DNA of 63,183 bases, filler included, from Octopus bimaculoides (lineage: Eukaryota): NCBI RefSeq assembly GCF_001194135.2. It is 5 parts of 3 records of this genome, joined end to end, with 100 filler letters (N's around TTAATTAATTAA, not from the genome) between each part and the next. Parts side by side here need not be neighbours in the genome. Positions count along the whole stretch, not along the records: positions 30,316 to 39,678 come from NC_068983.1; positions 39,779 to 48,071 come from NC_068983.1; 3 more parts are not named here. One strand, 5' to 3'. Every line of letters starts with the position of its first letter. Position 1 is the stretch's first letter. Positions 34,691-47,970 of the stretch are shown one piece after another. Both the position numbers and the translations under genes were made by a program. The notes beneath the pieces were generated by a model, which was not told where the DNA came from, did not search any database, and worked only from the letters and a program-made list of their open reading frames with translations.

Positions 34691-36724
34691 AAAGAACCGA
34701 ATAATTGTCACATTTATTTACAGATAAATTCCTCTATTTACATAATATCGAGGTCTCTTTCATTTTTTTGCTGTCTTACCATTACTATCAATATATATTA
34801 TGTAACTTTCCTCCGCCCCATAGGGGGCGGTACTGCCCCCTTTGTGAACCACTTCGATTTGACTATATATACATATATATACACATAAAATCATATTATA
34901 AAAAATAAAGAGATATTCCGTTGTCCTTTCTCTCCCTGTTATCTGTTCGGCTTTCCACAGTAAATAGTTATAATATAACTATATAACTACGTTCTTTAAC
35001 CTGCAACAGACTTATAGAAACATGCGTATGAACATGAGCAAACCTCAGGAGATTGTTATATAGTGACCAAACCGGTCGGTTCTCTCTTCATTCTAAGCTG
35101 CCATCGTGAGCTGAACTTCGACGGGAGACAAAATGTGAATGGAAAAAATAAGACCGTATATTTATGTCTAGTAATGAAAGTCGACCCTGGGTCTATGCTG
35201 GCTGCTTTAGATGATTTTTAAAGTGTACTCACGGAGGATCAGCTGAATACAGAGATTTAACATGCGACTGTGAAATGTAAACGTGCGGTAGCAGATGCGT
35301 ATGCGCATGTCTCAGTGAGGCCTGCTAATAATACGATGCACTTCTCCGGCACTTCACACCACCCAGCGCGCAAAGCAGTCAACACAATGATATGCGTAGA
35401 GCTCTGCGGTACAATAGAGCATACATGAGCGAAAAGGTTAGTGTACGAATGAACAACTGAATTTGACGCATGCGTGACACGCTTACACGCTTACTGTGCC
35501 ATTACCTCGAATGTTTTCTAGACCCAGTAATGAGTATGACAATTGATTGTTAACGAGCGACAAAACGGCATTTACATTAACAAGTAATCCGTGACTGAAC
35601 AAGATCAAAAATATCATCAAAAAAGAGAAATATGGTTTATATAAAACCACATTGTCATAACGTGGCCATTAATAAAATCACTAAATTCAAAATATACTCT
35701 AAAGTCAATGGTGAAAATAAATCATTACATATCGGAGATTCTCGTAACCTGATCTCCCGGATTTTATTTGGAGTGACAACGCCCGGAAGTATCTCATATG
35801 GATGTGCAGTATTTAAAAACGTGTATATATCAGCTGTAGACGAAAACCATCCATCAGCAGCGGTAAAAATGCGAGATGAGCATTTCTGCTTCGTTGAGCT
35901 TCGTCAGTAGCATATATTCACTTCAAACAGCATCATAAACAAAATTCGTTGCCACTCATGTAGAAAGACAGCGATTGAAAATTCACTGGTGTTACAGTCC
36001 TGCTGAATAAAAAAATCCTATTTTTTCAGTCTGCAGGGAAATGGCTAAAATTTTCCCCGTTTATGATTAAACCATGTTACACATTAGACACACACACGTG
36101 TGTGTGTGTGTGTGTGTGCAGGTATACCGTAGTAAATTTGCTTTTCGCAATGTACTTGCATTAGGTATGATTCATGAATGGTTTGTATGTGTGTGTGTGT
36201 GTGTGTGTGTGTGCATGACGGGCCCTCAACACATCACCGTCTACCAAATTCACTTACAAATCATTGATTGGGCCCGTGTCTATAGAAGGCAGCTGTCCAA
36301 GTTATTGCACAGGGTAAGCGAACCTGAAGCTACTTAGCTGCGAACCGAGCTTCTTTAACAACATCCCCCATATATATGTGTGTGTGTGTGTATGTGTGTG
36401 TGTGTGTGTGTGTGTGTTAGCAGAAATATTCACAAAAGAAGTATGCGGATACTTTCATACACGACACGCATTCTCTCCTGCACATATGTATATGCACACG
36501 TTTAATGTATCTATATATGTATGTATATGTGCAGATACTAATACACATGCATACGTAAATATATGCTCACACACGGTACACATAGACACACAAACACACA
36601 TACACACACGCGCACATTAACATACACACACGTACACTCACTCACACACACACACACACACACACACCTACACACAGGCTCTGCTAAGTTACTACTGCAA
36701 GCTGGCTGGTTGAAGTTCGATTGC

Positions 36725-37005
36725 CCCATATAAAAAGTACATATATACCCGCTAACTTGCCTCCCATTGAATCAGACGATAACGGTGACGTAAATCGGTC
36801 AGCTGTTCCCATGGTGACGCTTGAAGAGTAGAAGGGAGGAGGAGGAGATCAGACGTGTAATACAACAGCATCTGTAGCAATAAAAGAAGGAGGAGCGCGA
36901 GTGAGCGTTGAAGCTGGAGGAAAACACGAAGGAGGAGGAGGAAGAGTAGGAGGTGATGAAATGTAGAGGTAGGAGGTAAATACTGGTTTCTGATTGGCTA
37001 CTAAA
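36725..37005. promoter_or_regulatory. Candidate promoter/enhancer motif cluster (RFX X-box, CRE-like, E-box, CCAAT)
   Basis: GTTCCCATGGTGAC (36805-36818), TGACGTAA (36786-36793), CAGCTG, TGATTGGCTA (36991-37000) and TATAAAAA (36729-36736) in non-repetitive, GC-richer DNA. Motif match only. Confidence 0.35.
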
Positions 37006-37059
37006 AGAAACATGTTTGCCACACATTTTCTCCAGTTCTCTTTATTTATTTACTTATTT

Positions 37060-37083
37060 ATTTATTTATTTATTTATTTATCC

Positions 37084-37149
<66 letters not shown>

Positions 37150-37150
37150 T
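37060..37150. repeat. (TTTA)n/(TTA)n compound microsatellite
   Basis: Direct reading. Confidence 0.95.
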
Positions 37151-37258
37151 GTTATAGGTGCGTAAGTAATTCTTGGGTGAGAACGTGTTACCGAATGTGT
37201 ATGTGTCTGTGTGTAAGTGTGCATTTACAATTATGAATGCATATGCGCGCTCATTGGC

Positions 37259-37316
<58 letters not shown>

Positions 37317-38123
37317 NNNNNNNNNNNNNNNNNNNNNNNNNNNNNNNNNNNNNNNNNNNNNNNNNNNNNNNNNNNNNNNNNNNNNNNNNNNNNNNNNNNN
37401 NNNNNNNNNNNNNNNNNNNNNNNNNNNNNNNNNNNNNNNNNNNNNNNNNNNNNNNNNNNNNNNNNNNNNNNNNNNNNNNNNNNNNNNNNNNNNNNNNNNN
37501 NNNNNNNNNNNNNNNNNNNNNNNNNNNNNNNNNNNNNNNNNNNNNNNNNNNNNNNNNNNNNNNNNNNNNNNNNNNNNNNNNNNNNNNNNNNNNNNNNNNN
37601 NNNNNNNNNNNNNNNNNNNNNNNNNNNNNNNNNNNNNNNNNNNNNNNNNNNNNNNNNNNNNNNNNNNNNNNNNNNNNNNNNNNNNNNNNNNNNNNNNNNN
37701 NNNNNNNNNNNNNNNNNNNNNNNNNNNNNNNNNNNNNNNNNNNNNNNNNNNNNNNNNNNNNNNNNNNNNNNNNNNNNNNNNNNNNNNNNNNNNNNNNNNN
37801 NNNNNNNNNNNNNNNNNNNNNNNNNNNNNNNNNNNNNNNNNNNNNNNNNNNNNNNNNNNNNNNNNNNNNNNNNNNNNNNNNNNNNNNNNNNNNNNNNNNN
37901 NNNNNNNNNNNNNNNNNNNNNNNNNNNNNNNNNNNNNNNNNNNNNNNNNNNNNNNNNNNNNNNNNNNNNNNNNNNNNNNNNNNNNNNNNNNNNNNNNNNN
38001 NNNNNNNNNNNNNNNNNNNNNNNNNNNNNNNNNNNNNNNNNNNNNNNNNNNNNNNNNNNNNNNNNNNNNNNNNNNNNNNNNNNNNNNNNNNNNNNNNNNN
38101 NNNNNNNNNNNNNNNNNNNNNNN

Positions 38124-38157
<34 letters not shown>

Positions 38158-38174
38158 GCACACATATACATGTT

Positions 38175-38590
38175 ACTCTTTTACTCATTTACTTGTTTCA
38201 ATCGTATGACTGCAGCCATGCTGGAGCACTGCCTTGGGGGGATTTTAGACGAACAAATCGACCCCCAGAACTTATTCTGTGTAAGCCTACTACTTATTCT
38301 ATCGGTCTCTTTTGCTGGACCGCTCCATTACATGGATGTAAACACACCAGTACCGGTTTTCAAGCAGTGATGGGGGTGGGGGACAAACACAGACACATAG
38401 ACACATATATGTACATACATATACGACAAGCTTCCTTCAGTTTCCTTCTACCAAATCCACTCACAAGGCTTTGATCATCCCGAGGCTATAGTAGAAGACA
38501 CTTGTCCAAGGTGCCACGCAGTGGGACTGAACTCGGAACCATGTGGTTAGGAAACAGTCATCTTACCACACAGCTACGTTGCGCCTATAT
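38175..38590 (-). mobile_element. Full-length SINE family A
   Basis: Complete reverse complement of head, internal microsatellite and tail. Confidence 0.88.
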
Positions 38591-38767
38591 ATATATGTGT
38601 GTGTGTGAGTCTGTGTGTGTGCGCGCGCAGGCGCGTGTGTGTATGTATGTATGAATGTATGTTTACATATGTATATGAACGCACGTATGTTTATATCTAT
38701 CTATCTATCTATCTATCTGTATTGTAATATGTGTGTATATATGTGTATATATATGTATTGGAATATG

Positions 38768-38802
<35 letters not shown>

Positions 38803-40149
38803 GTATGTGTTTGTATATTTTCTTCTTTTCCCCCTTTTTCCCCTTTTTCTAATACTTATTTCTCCCTATATTTATACACTCCTCTCATACTGTGCTCCCT
38901 ACACATGTTGATTGAATCGTCCATGCTTTCAACATGTACATCCTTGCGAAAATGTAACCCTTAATTTAATCAAGATATCCTTAGTCTGAAGAGTAGCCGG
39001 CGGTATACACCTCGCTTGGATCTTTACCACTTCTAAGATTTCGCCCGCTATGAAACATATGTAGCCCGGTTCTTATCTACTCCATTCCGTAACGCTTGTA
39101 ATCTTATTTGCACACCCGGCAACCGTGGTCACCTACAGTGGAACATAGGAAAAGAACTTTTTTTCAGTCTCAATAAACCGCTATTGTCCCTGAAAGTTTT
39201 TTTCTTACATTTACCACGGATTGCTTGAAGCTAACTTTCTTCCTACACCTCGACTCCCGAATCTTACATTTATATACACACACGCACACACACATATATA
39301 TACACGTATGTATGTATGTATGTATGTATGTATGTATGTATGTATGTATGTATGTATGTATAACAGGTATCGATGTGAGAAGGACAATATGCATCATATA
39401 ATATTTGTGTGAAAAATCCGAAATGTTAAATTTTGTTCTTAATTCACCTGAAGAAAACGTTTTTTTTCTTACATGATGTAATTGATTTTTATATCAGTAA
39501 AAAAAAGCACGTCTGAAACAGCTGTAGTGAACTTCAGCCTATTTGTGTTATTATATATGTGTATGTGTGTGTCTGTGTGTGTGTGCGTGTGTATGTGTGC
39601 GAGTGTGTGTGTATGTATTTGAATATACATACACTCATACATACATACATACATACATACATACATACACACACATATNNNNNNNNNNNNNNNNNNNNNN
39701 NNNNNNNNNNNNNNNNNNNNNNTTAATTAATTAANNNNNNNNNNNNNNNNNNNNNNNNNNNNNNNNNNNNNNNNNNNNATATATATATATATATAGATAG
39801 ATATACATACATATATCTGTGTGTGCGTGTGCGTGTGCGACGTGCATAAGTGTGTGAATTTGGTATAATTTCCTTTCCTAAATTGACATTTATAAACCAT
39901 TTTTCACCGATTAATTTTACCGGAATTCTTCTACATTAGGCATTCTTCACTTTGGAATTCAACAAATTTAGCGTGTTAAAAGTGTATTCGTCTACATTTG
40001 GGTTCCCTTGACGTGTCCTTTTCTCTAAATCATTGTGAAACGCATCGATAAGCCCCAAAGAATTCAACATACAATTTTAAATTAAAATTGATTATTTCAC
40101 TAACTGTGTGGTATTTTCTTTGACTTCATGAAAATATACATTTGTATGT

Positions 40150-40575
40150 GTTTATAAGATATAACGTATGGGTGTGAGTCTTGGACGATAAGCAAAGTCT
40201 CGGAGAAGAGACTCAGAGGTACAGAAATGTGATTTCACAGAAAAAATACTTAGAACCTCTTGGGTTGATGAATGTAGAAGTGTTGAAGTAAAATGGAAAT
40301 GAAGAGACAGTTGATGGATACTGTCATAAAAAGATAGTAATGATTTGTTGGTCATTTCCTCAGAGAGGATGACGAAATGGAGCGTTAAATGGTGGAGACT
40401 GAGATGGGGGAAGATGATTGTGAGTAAGGCAGAGAATGAAGATGTTCGACTGGATGAAGTAGAGCATGAACGTGCAGAGCACGAGAGACCCGGGTGATGT
40501 GCGAGAGACAGAATTATATGGAGGACGAACAAGCCATGATTCGTCAATGGCATGAATATGCCATGGCAGAAGAGA
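40150..40575 (+). mobile_element. RTE-clade LINE 3' fragment, decayed
   Basis: Resembles the RTE C-terminus (EKRLxxxEMWFxRxILRxSWxD..V..VLxxM..RxLMDTV..A.DR..W) across frameshifts. Confidence 0.55.
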
Positions 40576-41580
40576 GAAAGAGAGAGACATTGATATTTAT
40601 ATATATCAATATATCANNNNNNNNNNNNNNNNNNNNNNNNNNNNNNNNNNNNNNNNNNNNNNNNNNNNNNNNNNNNNNNNNNNNNNNNNNNNNNNNNNNN
40701 NNNNNNNNNNNNNNNNNNNNNNNNNNNNNNNNNNNNNNNNNNNNNNNNNNNNNNNNNNNNNNNNNNNNNNNNNNNNNNNNNNNNNNNNNNNNNNNNNNNN
40801 NNNNNNNNNNNNNNNNNNNNNNNNNNNNNNNNNNNNNNNNNNNNNNNNNNNNNNNNNNNNNNNNNNNNNNNNNNNNNNNNNNNNNNNNNNNNNNNNNNNN
40901 NNNNNNNNNNNNNNNNNNNNNNNNNNNNNNNNNNNNNNNNNNNNNNNNNNNNNNNNNNNNNNNNNNNNNNNNNNNNNNNNNNNNNNNNNNNNNNNNNNNN
41001 NNNNNNNNNNNNNNNNNNNNNNNNNNNNNNNNNNNNNNNNNNNNNNNNNNNNNNNNNNNNNNNNNNNNNNNNNNNNNNNNNNNNNNNNNNNNNNNNNNNN
41101 NNNNNNNNNNNNNNNNNNNNNNNNNNNNNNNNNNNNNNNNNNNNNNNNNNNNNNNNNNNNNNNNNNNNNNNNNNNNNNNNNNNNNNNNNNNNNNNNNNNN
41201 NNNNNNNNNNNNNNNNNNNNNNNNNNNNNNNNNNNNNNNNNNNNNNNNNNNNNNNNNNNNNNNNNNNNNNNNNNNNNNNNNNNNNNNNNNNNNNNNNNNN
41301 NNNNNNNNNNNNNNNNNNNNNNNNNNNNNNNNNNNNNNNNNNNNNNNNNNNNNNNNNNNNNNNNNNNNNNNNNNNNNNNNNNNNNNNNNNNNNNNNNNNN
41401 NNNNNNNNNNNNNNNNNNNNNNNNNNNNNNNNNNNNNNNNNNNNNNNNNNNNNNNNNNNNNNNNNNNNNNNNNNNNNNNNNNNNNNNNNNNNNNNNNNNN
41501 NNNNNNNNNNNNNNNNNNNNNNNNNNNNNNNNNNNNNNNNNNNNNNNNNNNNNNNNNNNNNNNNNNNNNNNNNNNNNNNN

Positions 41581-41633
<53 letters not shown>

Positions 41634-42639
41634 ATGTATGTATGTATGTATTTATGTTTGCGTGAATTTGTGTAGATATGTATGAATATAAGTATATTCA
41701 TATATATTTATATATATATATGTATGTATATACAGATATATATGTACATATTTGTGCATATGTATGTGCCGCTGACTGTGTATGTATCAATGTGTTCATT
41801 GATACAGGAATGTTAGACTTTGATTTTAATGTTATTATGTATTTTTTTTATGAACTGATTTCAGCCGTATAACAATCAATGCACAATAAGTTACCAATTT
41901 CATTTTCATTAAAATGCTAAAATTTTCTATCTGAATAGTGGATGTTCTATGAGGGATTGGAACGCCTTTCTTTCAGTCAAGATAATCATATTTCCTTGAA
42001 ATAAAGCACAGCCGATTTTCTATATTGCATATGTCATATCTCAAATTATTTTCTAAAATATTTTGCAGTGATTTAAAGAAATATTTGGTGGTATGTTGGT
42101 GTCTGTATTCTGGAGATTGTTGAAGGTTAAAAATTGAAACAAAAAAAATTTTCCTGTCTATGTTCACTTTCCTAGGTCACCTTCATGTTTGTAGCTCCTA
42201 GCTATCAACTTATCTATACTATCAAATGCATTCCTCCAAATGCTCCCCGCATGCACGTGCGTGGTTTTGGTAACAGATTTAAGGCCATCTATAGAAAGTG
42301 TTTTTTTTTAAAGGAGCAAAATTTTAAGATAAAATTAGCAAAAATCGCTTGAAATATAGAGTGATTATTTTTTCTCTGTTCATACATAAAATACTCAAAA
42401 TATATTTCGATCTATCTGAAAATAAAGTATACGTAAATAAAAATAATGTACACATGGTTTGTTTGCATCACAGCCTATGGAATAATAATCAACTACTTGA
42501 ATACGTGGATAGCTTCCTCGTTAAATGCCGCCTGTCTCCAAAACTACATAATCTCTAAACTCCAAAATCTAAAATCAATATGATGGTGCATACGAATGAA
42601 TGCATGTACATACATGTAAAAATGTGTATATATATTCTT

Positions 42640-42870
42640 TTATTCTTTTGCTTGTTTCAGTCATTTGACGGCGGACGTGCTGGAGCACCGCCTTTAGTCG
42701 AACAAATCGACCCCATGACTTATTCTTTGTTATACGAAACGCACTCACAGGGCTTTGGTCGGCCCTTGGCTATAGTAGAAGACAGTTGTTCAAGGCTCCA
42801 CGCAGTGGGATTGAATCTCAAACCATGTGGTTGGGAAGCAACTTTCACATCACACAGCTACACCTACGTC
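42640..42870 (-). mobile_element. SINE family A with internal deletion
   Basis: Tail (GCTGGAGCACCGCCTTTAGTCGAACAAATCGACCCC) joined to head (CACGCAGTGGGATTGAA..AACCATGTGGTTGG). Confidence 0.8.
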
Positions 42871-43619
42871 TCTTTCATTCTCTCATTCTCTCTCTCTCTC
42901 TCTCTNNNNNNNNNNNNNNNNNNNNNNNNNNNNNNNNNNNNNNNNNNNNNNNNNNNNNNNNNNNNNNNNNNNNNNNNNNNNNNNNNNNNNNNNNNNNNNN
43001 NNNNNNNNNNNNNNNNNNNNNNNNNNNNNNNNNNNNNNNNNNNNNNNNNNNNNNNNNNNNNNNNNNNNNNNNNNNNNNNNNNNNNNNNNNNNNNNNNNNN
43101 NNNNNNNNNNNNNNNNNNNNNNNNNNNNNNNNNNNNNNNNNNNNNNNNNNNNNNNNNNNNNNNNNNNNNNNNNNNNNNNNNNNNNNNNNNNNNNNNNNNN
43201 NNNNNNNNNNNNNNNNNNNNNNNNNNNNNNNNNNNNNNNNNNNNNNNNNNNNNNNNNNNNNNNNNNNNNNNNNNNNNNNNNNNNNNNNNNNNNNNNNNNN
43301 NNNNNNNNNNNNNNNNNNNNNNNNNNNNNNNNNNNNNNNNNNNNNNNNNNNNNNNNNNNNNNNNNNNNNNNNNNNNNNNNNNNNNNNNNNNNNNNNNNNN
43401 NNNNNNNNNNNNNNNNNNNNNNNNNNNNNNNNNNNNNNNNNNNNNNNNNNNNNNNNNNNNNNNNNNNNNNNNNNNNNNNNNNNNNNNNNNNNNNNNNNNN
43501 NNNNNNNNNNNNNNNNNNNNNNNNNNNNNNNNNNNNNNNNNNNNNNNNNNNNNNNNNNNNNNNNNNNNNNNNNNNNNNNNNNNNNNNNNNNNNNNNNNNN
43601 NNNNNNNNNNNNNNNNNNN

Positions 43620-43965
43620 ATAGCGTCACCACACACCATTCCATTAGAAGCTACACGTTTGCGATGCACACACTCACGCATGTAAGAGTCACTTGCCCCT
43701 ATTCTCACACACACCATTCTCACATACTCACACACGCACGAGCACTTTCGTTCGGGATCACCAGCACGTTATTATCTCCCTTTCTTTCAACCTTTACTTT
43801 AAAACTTTTTTCCAATCTTTCGCCATGTTTTTTTTTTATTCATTCTCTCTGACTTTATTTTCTCTTATTCCTTTCTGTTGAAGAGCCTAGGCTCGAAACG
43901 TAAACTGCATTCAATTTTCCGAGCGTCAAACTAATACACCTGCCTTCGTCCTATGTTTTCAATAA
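43620..43965 (+). mobile_element. Penelope-like 3'/pLTR fragment with variant hammerhead motif
   Basis: CTGTTGA-A-GAGC-CTAG-GCTC-GAAACGTA at 43875-43902, followed by TTTTCCGAGCGTCAAACTAATACAC, as at about 16785. Confidence 0.6.
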
Positions 43966-44335
43966 ACTTCAAATATACATGTGTACATACTCACACAGAC
44001 GCACGCGCATACATAGACATACGCAGACACATTTCTTATGTATACTTGTGAGTGTACATGATTATGTTTATCATATATTGACACAATCAATTTCGGTCTT
44101 GTTTATGTTCTTTTCTTCCCCAAACATCCATCAACTATTTTCTTTTGTTAACAATAACATGACTACGTGAATTGGCAGAAATGTGTATGGCATGTGTACG
44201 GTTTTGTCACTTGTAATACTACTATTTGTAACACATTCATAATGGATATCCACAGAGGGCCAAACAAATTACAGAGATGGATAAATTTCTATTAATAAAT
44301 TGTATAATGGTGGGAATGAAGTCAATGAAGGATAT

Positions 44336-44343
44336 ACTACTAT

Positions 44344-44381
<38 letters not shown>

Positions 44382-44385
44382 TTAT

Positions 44386-44428
<43 letters not shown>

Positions 44429-44440
44429 GCTGCTGCTGCG

Positions 44441-44503
<63 letters not shown>
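44336..44503. repeat. (TAC)n microsatellite
   Basis: Direct reading. Confidence 0.95.
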
Positions 44504-44539
44504 GTTAAATATACATAACAGTCATCATACTATAATATT

Positions 44540-44788
44540 ATGATCAAATTACTTTTAAAACAAACATATTTTTTTCTTGTTTCGCAGACATTCCGTAGAA
44601 CAATACTGTGTGCAAAACAAAAAGTATGTTGCCCAAGACATAACACTAACTTGAACTTCTAACTTGTTGTCTCTTGAGGATTCTCGGTGAGACGTGGAGT
44701 CAACTTGTACAAGTACAAATCAGAAAACAAACATTTCATAATAATAATATTAATAATAATGATGATGATGATGATGATGATGATGATA

Positions 44789-44820
<32 letters not shown>

Positions 44821-44845
44821 AATAATAATAATAGCAATAATAATA
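44540..44845 (+). mobile_element. R4/Dong-clade 3' UTR with (AAT/GAT)n tail
   Basis: AACTTGAACTTC.AACTTGTT.TCTCTTGAGG..GGTGAGA..TGGA.TCAACTT is shared with 45720-45965 and ends in a trinucleotide tail. Family assignment is inferred from adjacency to R4-like coding remnants. Confidence 0.6.
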
Positions 44846-44847
44846 AA

Positions 44848-45600
44848 TCTCTGGCTGTGCAATCCTAACCCAATCTGAATATATATAAAGGCATGACCGA
44901 GTATGTAGTTATATTCAATGAGCAATAGGCCAAAACCACAACATAAAAACTAACATGAGGTGGTATAAAAATGTACAAATAAGGTACAAGGAAACGACCG
45001 GGTAACCCACATCTGGGATATGCTTATTCAAATTTTAAAGCTAATCAAAGCTAATCGCGTAGACATAATAATTATAGGTTGAAAAAAAAAATGCCTGCTT
45101 CATGATAGACATTGCAGTCTTTTTTGAGACAAGTGGAGAGGCTGTCGATGTCGAAAGATATCCAAACCGAAATATTCAAGACGTCGGTCATGAAAATGAA
45201 AACAATATCTTTAATAACAGGAACACTATGTGCGATAAAAACAAAAGAAACGAATGATCAAAAACGTCGAATCTATATCAGGTCCCTCAACACTACACAC
45301 AATGCAAAACATAAACCTACATGGAAGAGCCCACATCCCACACGAGACGTTATCCATTCGATAGTACAATCCAAATAAATCAGTCCATAAATCCACAAAT
45401 ATAAGACATTCTCTACAGTAAATATCGAATAAAATAAACAAACCACACAACATGTATTATACATGTCAGATGCTCAGTAAAAGTAAACAGCGAGCATTAC
45501 GCTCATAACGCACAAGGCTGCACACCGAGGTATAAACCTGTTGCAGTAAAACTTGCCTGAAACTATCAAATGACGAATGATAATAATAATGACAATAGCA
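44848..45600 (+). mobile_element. R4/Dong-clade non-LTR 3' fragment (zinc knuckle end and RLE region)
   Basis: Decayed SGC..L.QSEYIKRHDRV..WY..HIWDM..ANR.DIII..KKCLL.ID motifs. Confidence 0.7.
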
Positions 45601-45719
45601 GCAACAGCACCGCCTCTACCACCACTACCACCAACACCACTACCAACAACAAGAACAAGAAGAACAGCAGCAGCAACAACAACGACAACACCAACAACAA
45701 CAACAACAATGATAATAAA

Positions 45720-45902
45720 ACAAACTTCTAATTTTCTTATGTTTTGACAGTTTTTTTCTAGAACAATATTTGTGCCAAACTAAATATATGGCATCCTAGT
45801 CATAACATCAACTTGAACTTCGAACTTGTTATCTCTTGAGGTCTGTGGGTGAGAACTGGACTCAACTTATAGAAATAAAAAAAACAAAAGCCAAATATTA
45901 TA

Positions 45903-45943
<41 letters not shown>

Positions 45944-45965
45944 AATGATAATGAAGATAATAATA
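45720..45965 (+). mobile_element. R4/Dong-clade 3' UTR with (GAT/AAT)n tail, second copy
   Basis: Paralogous to 44540-44845. Confidence 0.6.
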
Positions 45966-45984
45966 ATATAAATTGTATAACATA

Positions 45985-47630
45985 TCTAAGCAATCAATGA
46001 TCTAGATTCACTGATGATGGAGTGTTTAGATATGTTTGAAATTGCTGGGATTATAAGATATTTTCTGAAAAGCAATATGCTACGCTGAAAAACTGATTTG
46101 ACATCGTATGGACAAAGCTTGGGAACACACGACATCAAGAGAGGGATTTTTGAAGGATATACTTTATCTCTGTGGATTTTTGTATTTAGCATGCTCCATC
46201 TGGGCTTGCTGAAGAGAAAAATGAATCTAGGATATCAGTTCCATGGAAAAACTCAGAAAGTCGACCATCTCGTTGAAGCTATGTGGTTAGGATAAGATAT
46301 GAGTGAGCGCCTTCATGGACATGGTCCACTGTTTTAGTACTGATATAAAGATGGAATTCGGAACCAAGAGGTCTTGTATAATGAGCCTGAAAAGAGGCAA
46401 GATACAATGCCTGGTAGGAATAGAATTACGAAATAAGGAAATGATGAAACAAAGTTAAAAAGAAGGCTATGAAATTGTGGTAAAGGAAATGAGAGAACAG
46501 CCGAGGAAAGAATATTTCCGAAGATTACGAACGGTGTTGCGCTCAAAATTCAGTGGATAGTATAACATCCAAGCAATAAATACATAGGCAACATCATTAC
46601 TTCGCTATGGAGGTGGAATAATAAACTGGCAAAATAGAAAAAAAAAAGCTGTATTTGGATATGAAGACAATAAGTATTGACGTTCCACTTTTCATACAAT
46701 CTAAAGAGTGACACCGATCGCTTCTACTTGAGAAGAAAGGGAAAGAGCTGTTTCATCAGTTGAAGAAGAGGAAAACAGTTAAGAGTAAAAATGTAAAAAT
46801 ATTGTCGTGAAAGCATTATTGATGCATATGAAATCCGGCATCATCAAAACTGATGATATATTAAGAAAGAGAAACATAAAAAGGAAGAGTACAAAAAAGA
46901 AAGGAAACAGCATGGACAGCAAGAAATGACAGGTCAATTTGCAAGAGGTACAATTACAAAGACCGATACAGAAGGGTGCTGGCTATGGTTATGGAAGAGT
47001 TGCCTGAACATAGAAACTTCTAGCACTTCTACTCGTGGAACAAGAACATGCATTTGAAGACGTGCAAAATTGATAAACCCAACTAAGAGCGACAAATGCA
47101 GAATGTATGAGGAGAGGGGAAAAACAGTGTGGTACATTTGTCAGTAAACGTCCGAAATTGGTACAACGTGAATATAGAATGTCACATGACAATGTGGTGA
47201 GAATGAAGCTCTGAGGAAATGATGGCCAAGAAAGACCAAAGACGCAGTTTGACCAAATCATGGACGGAGTTACGTCAGATTAGACACCGGAAGCCCGGCA
47301 TCATTGTGATAAGCAGAAAAGAAAGATATGTCTGATAATTGACGTACCATGTGCATGAGACTACAAGATCGAAGAGAAAGAAAAGAAAATCAACAACTAT
47401 TAAGAAATTGAAGTAGGAAATACGCAGATTGTGGTTAATGAATTGAGTGGGCGCGATACCAATAATAATTGGCGCGCTTGGAAGTATCAGGGCTCAACTA
47501 CCAACGTGTCCACAAAAGATTGGAACAAATGTACATATAGAACACCAACAAAATCCATTCATTGATTTTACTGCATGAAGCTCAGTCTTCATGAAACAAC
47601 AACAACAAAACGAAAATAAAACAACAACTA
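45985..47630 (+). mobile_element. R4/Dong-clade non-LTR retrotransposon, 5'-truncated and decayed (RT to RLE)
   Basis: LGTHDIKRGIFEGYTLS (cf. IKRGIFQGDSLS), KEYFRRLRTVLRSK, QAINT..SLLRYGGGIINW, KSDTDRFYL, CRM..E.G.TV, RKPGIIVI, IPIIIGALGSI. Confidence 0.85.
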
Positions 47631-47689
47631 GAATGATAATGGTTTCATAATTTCGTAAAAGGCCAGCAAGTTTTCTTTTTATGGTGGGG

Positions 47690-47830
47690 GGTAATAAATC
47701 AACCTATATTATCGGCACCGAGAGGATGGAAAGGCAAAGTCGACTTCGGCAGAATTAGATCTCAGAACGTAAAGACAGTCGAAACACCACTAAGCATTTT
47801 GTCCAAGGTTTTAACGATTCCGCCAACTCA
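47690..47830 (-). mobile_element. SINE family B fragment
   Basis: GAAAGGCAAAGTCGACTTCGGCAGAATT.GA.CTCAGAACGTAAAGACAG. Confidence 0.8.
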
Positions 47831-47836
47831 ACGACC

Positions 47837-47837
<1 letters not shown>

Positions 47838-47890
<53 letters not shown>

Positions 47891-47893
47891 TGA

Positions 47894-47946
<53 letters not shown>

Positions 47947-47970
47947 ATAATAATAATAATAATAATAATA
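47838..47970. repeat. Compound (AAT)n(ACT)n(AAT)n microsatellite
   Basis: Direct reading. Confidence 0.95.

Noticed and set aside
35632-35910. 92-aa ORF (MVYIKPH...)
   Set aside because: No recognisable domain or splice context; the length is attainable by chance.
35868-35912. Minus-strand CTGACGA...GAAA hammerhead-like motif
   Set aside because: No 10.1-11.1 pair, stem III is not palindromic, and there is no stem I pairing.
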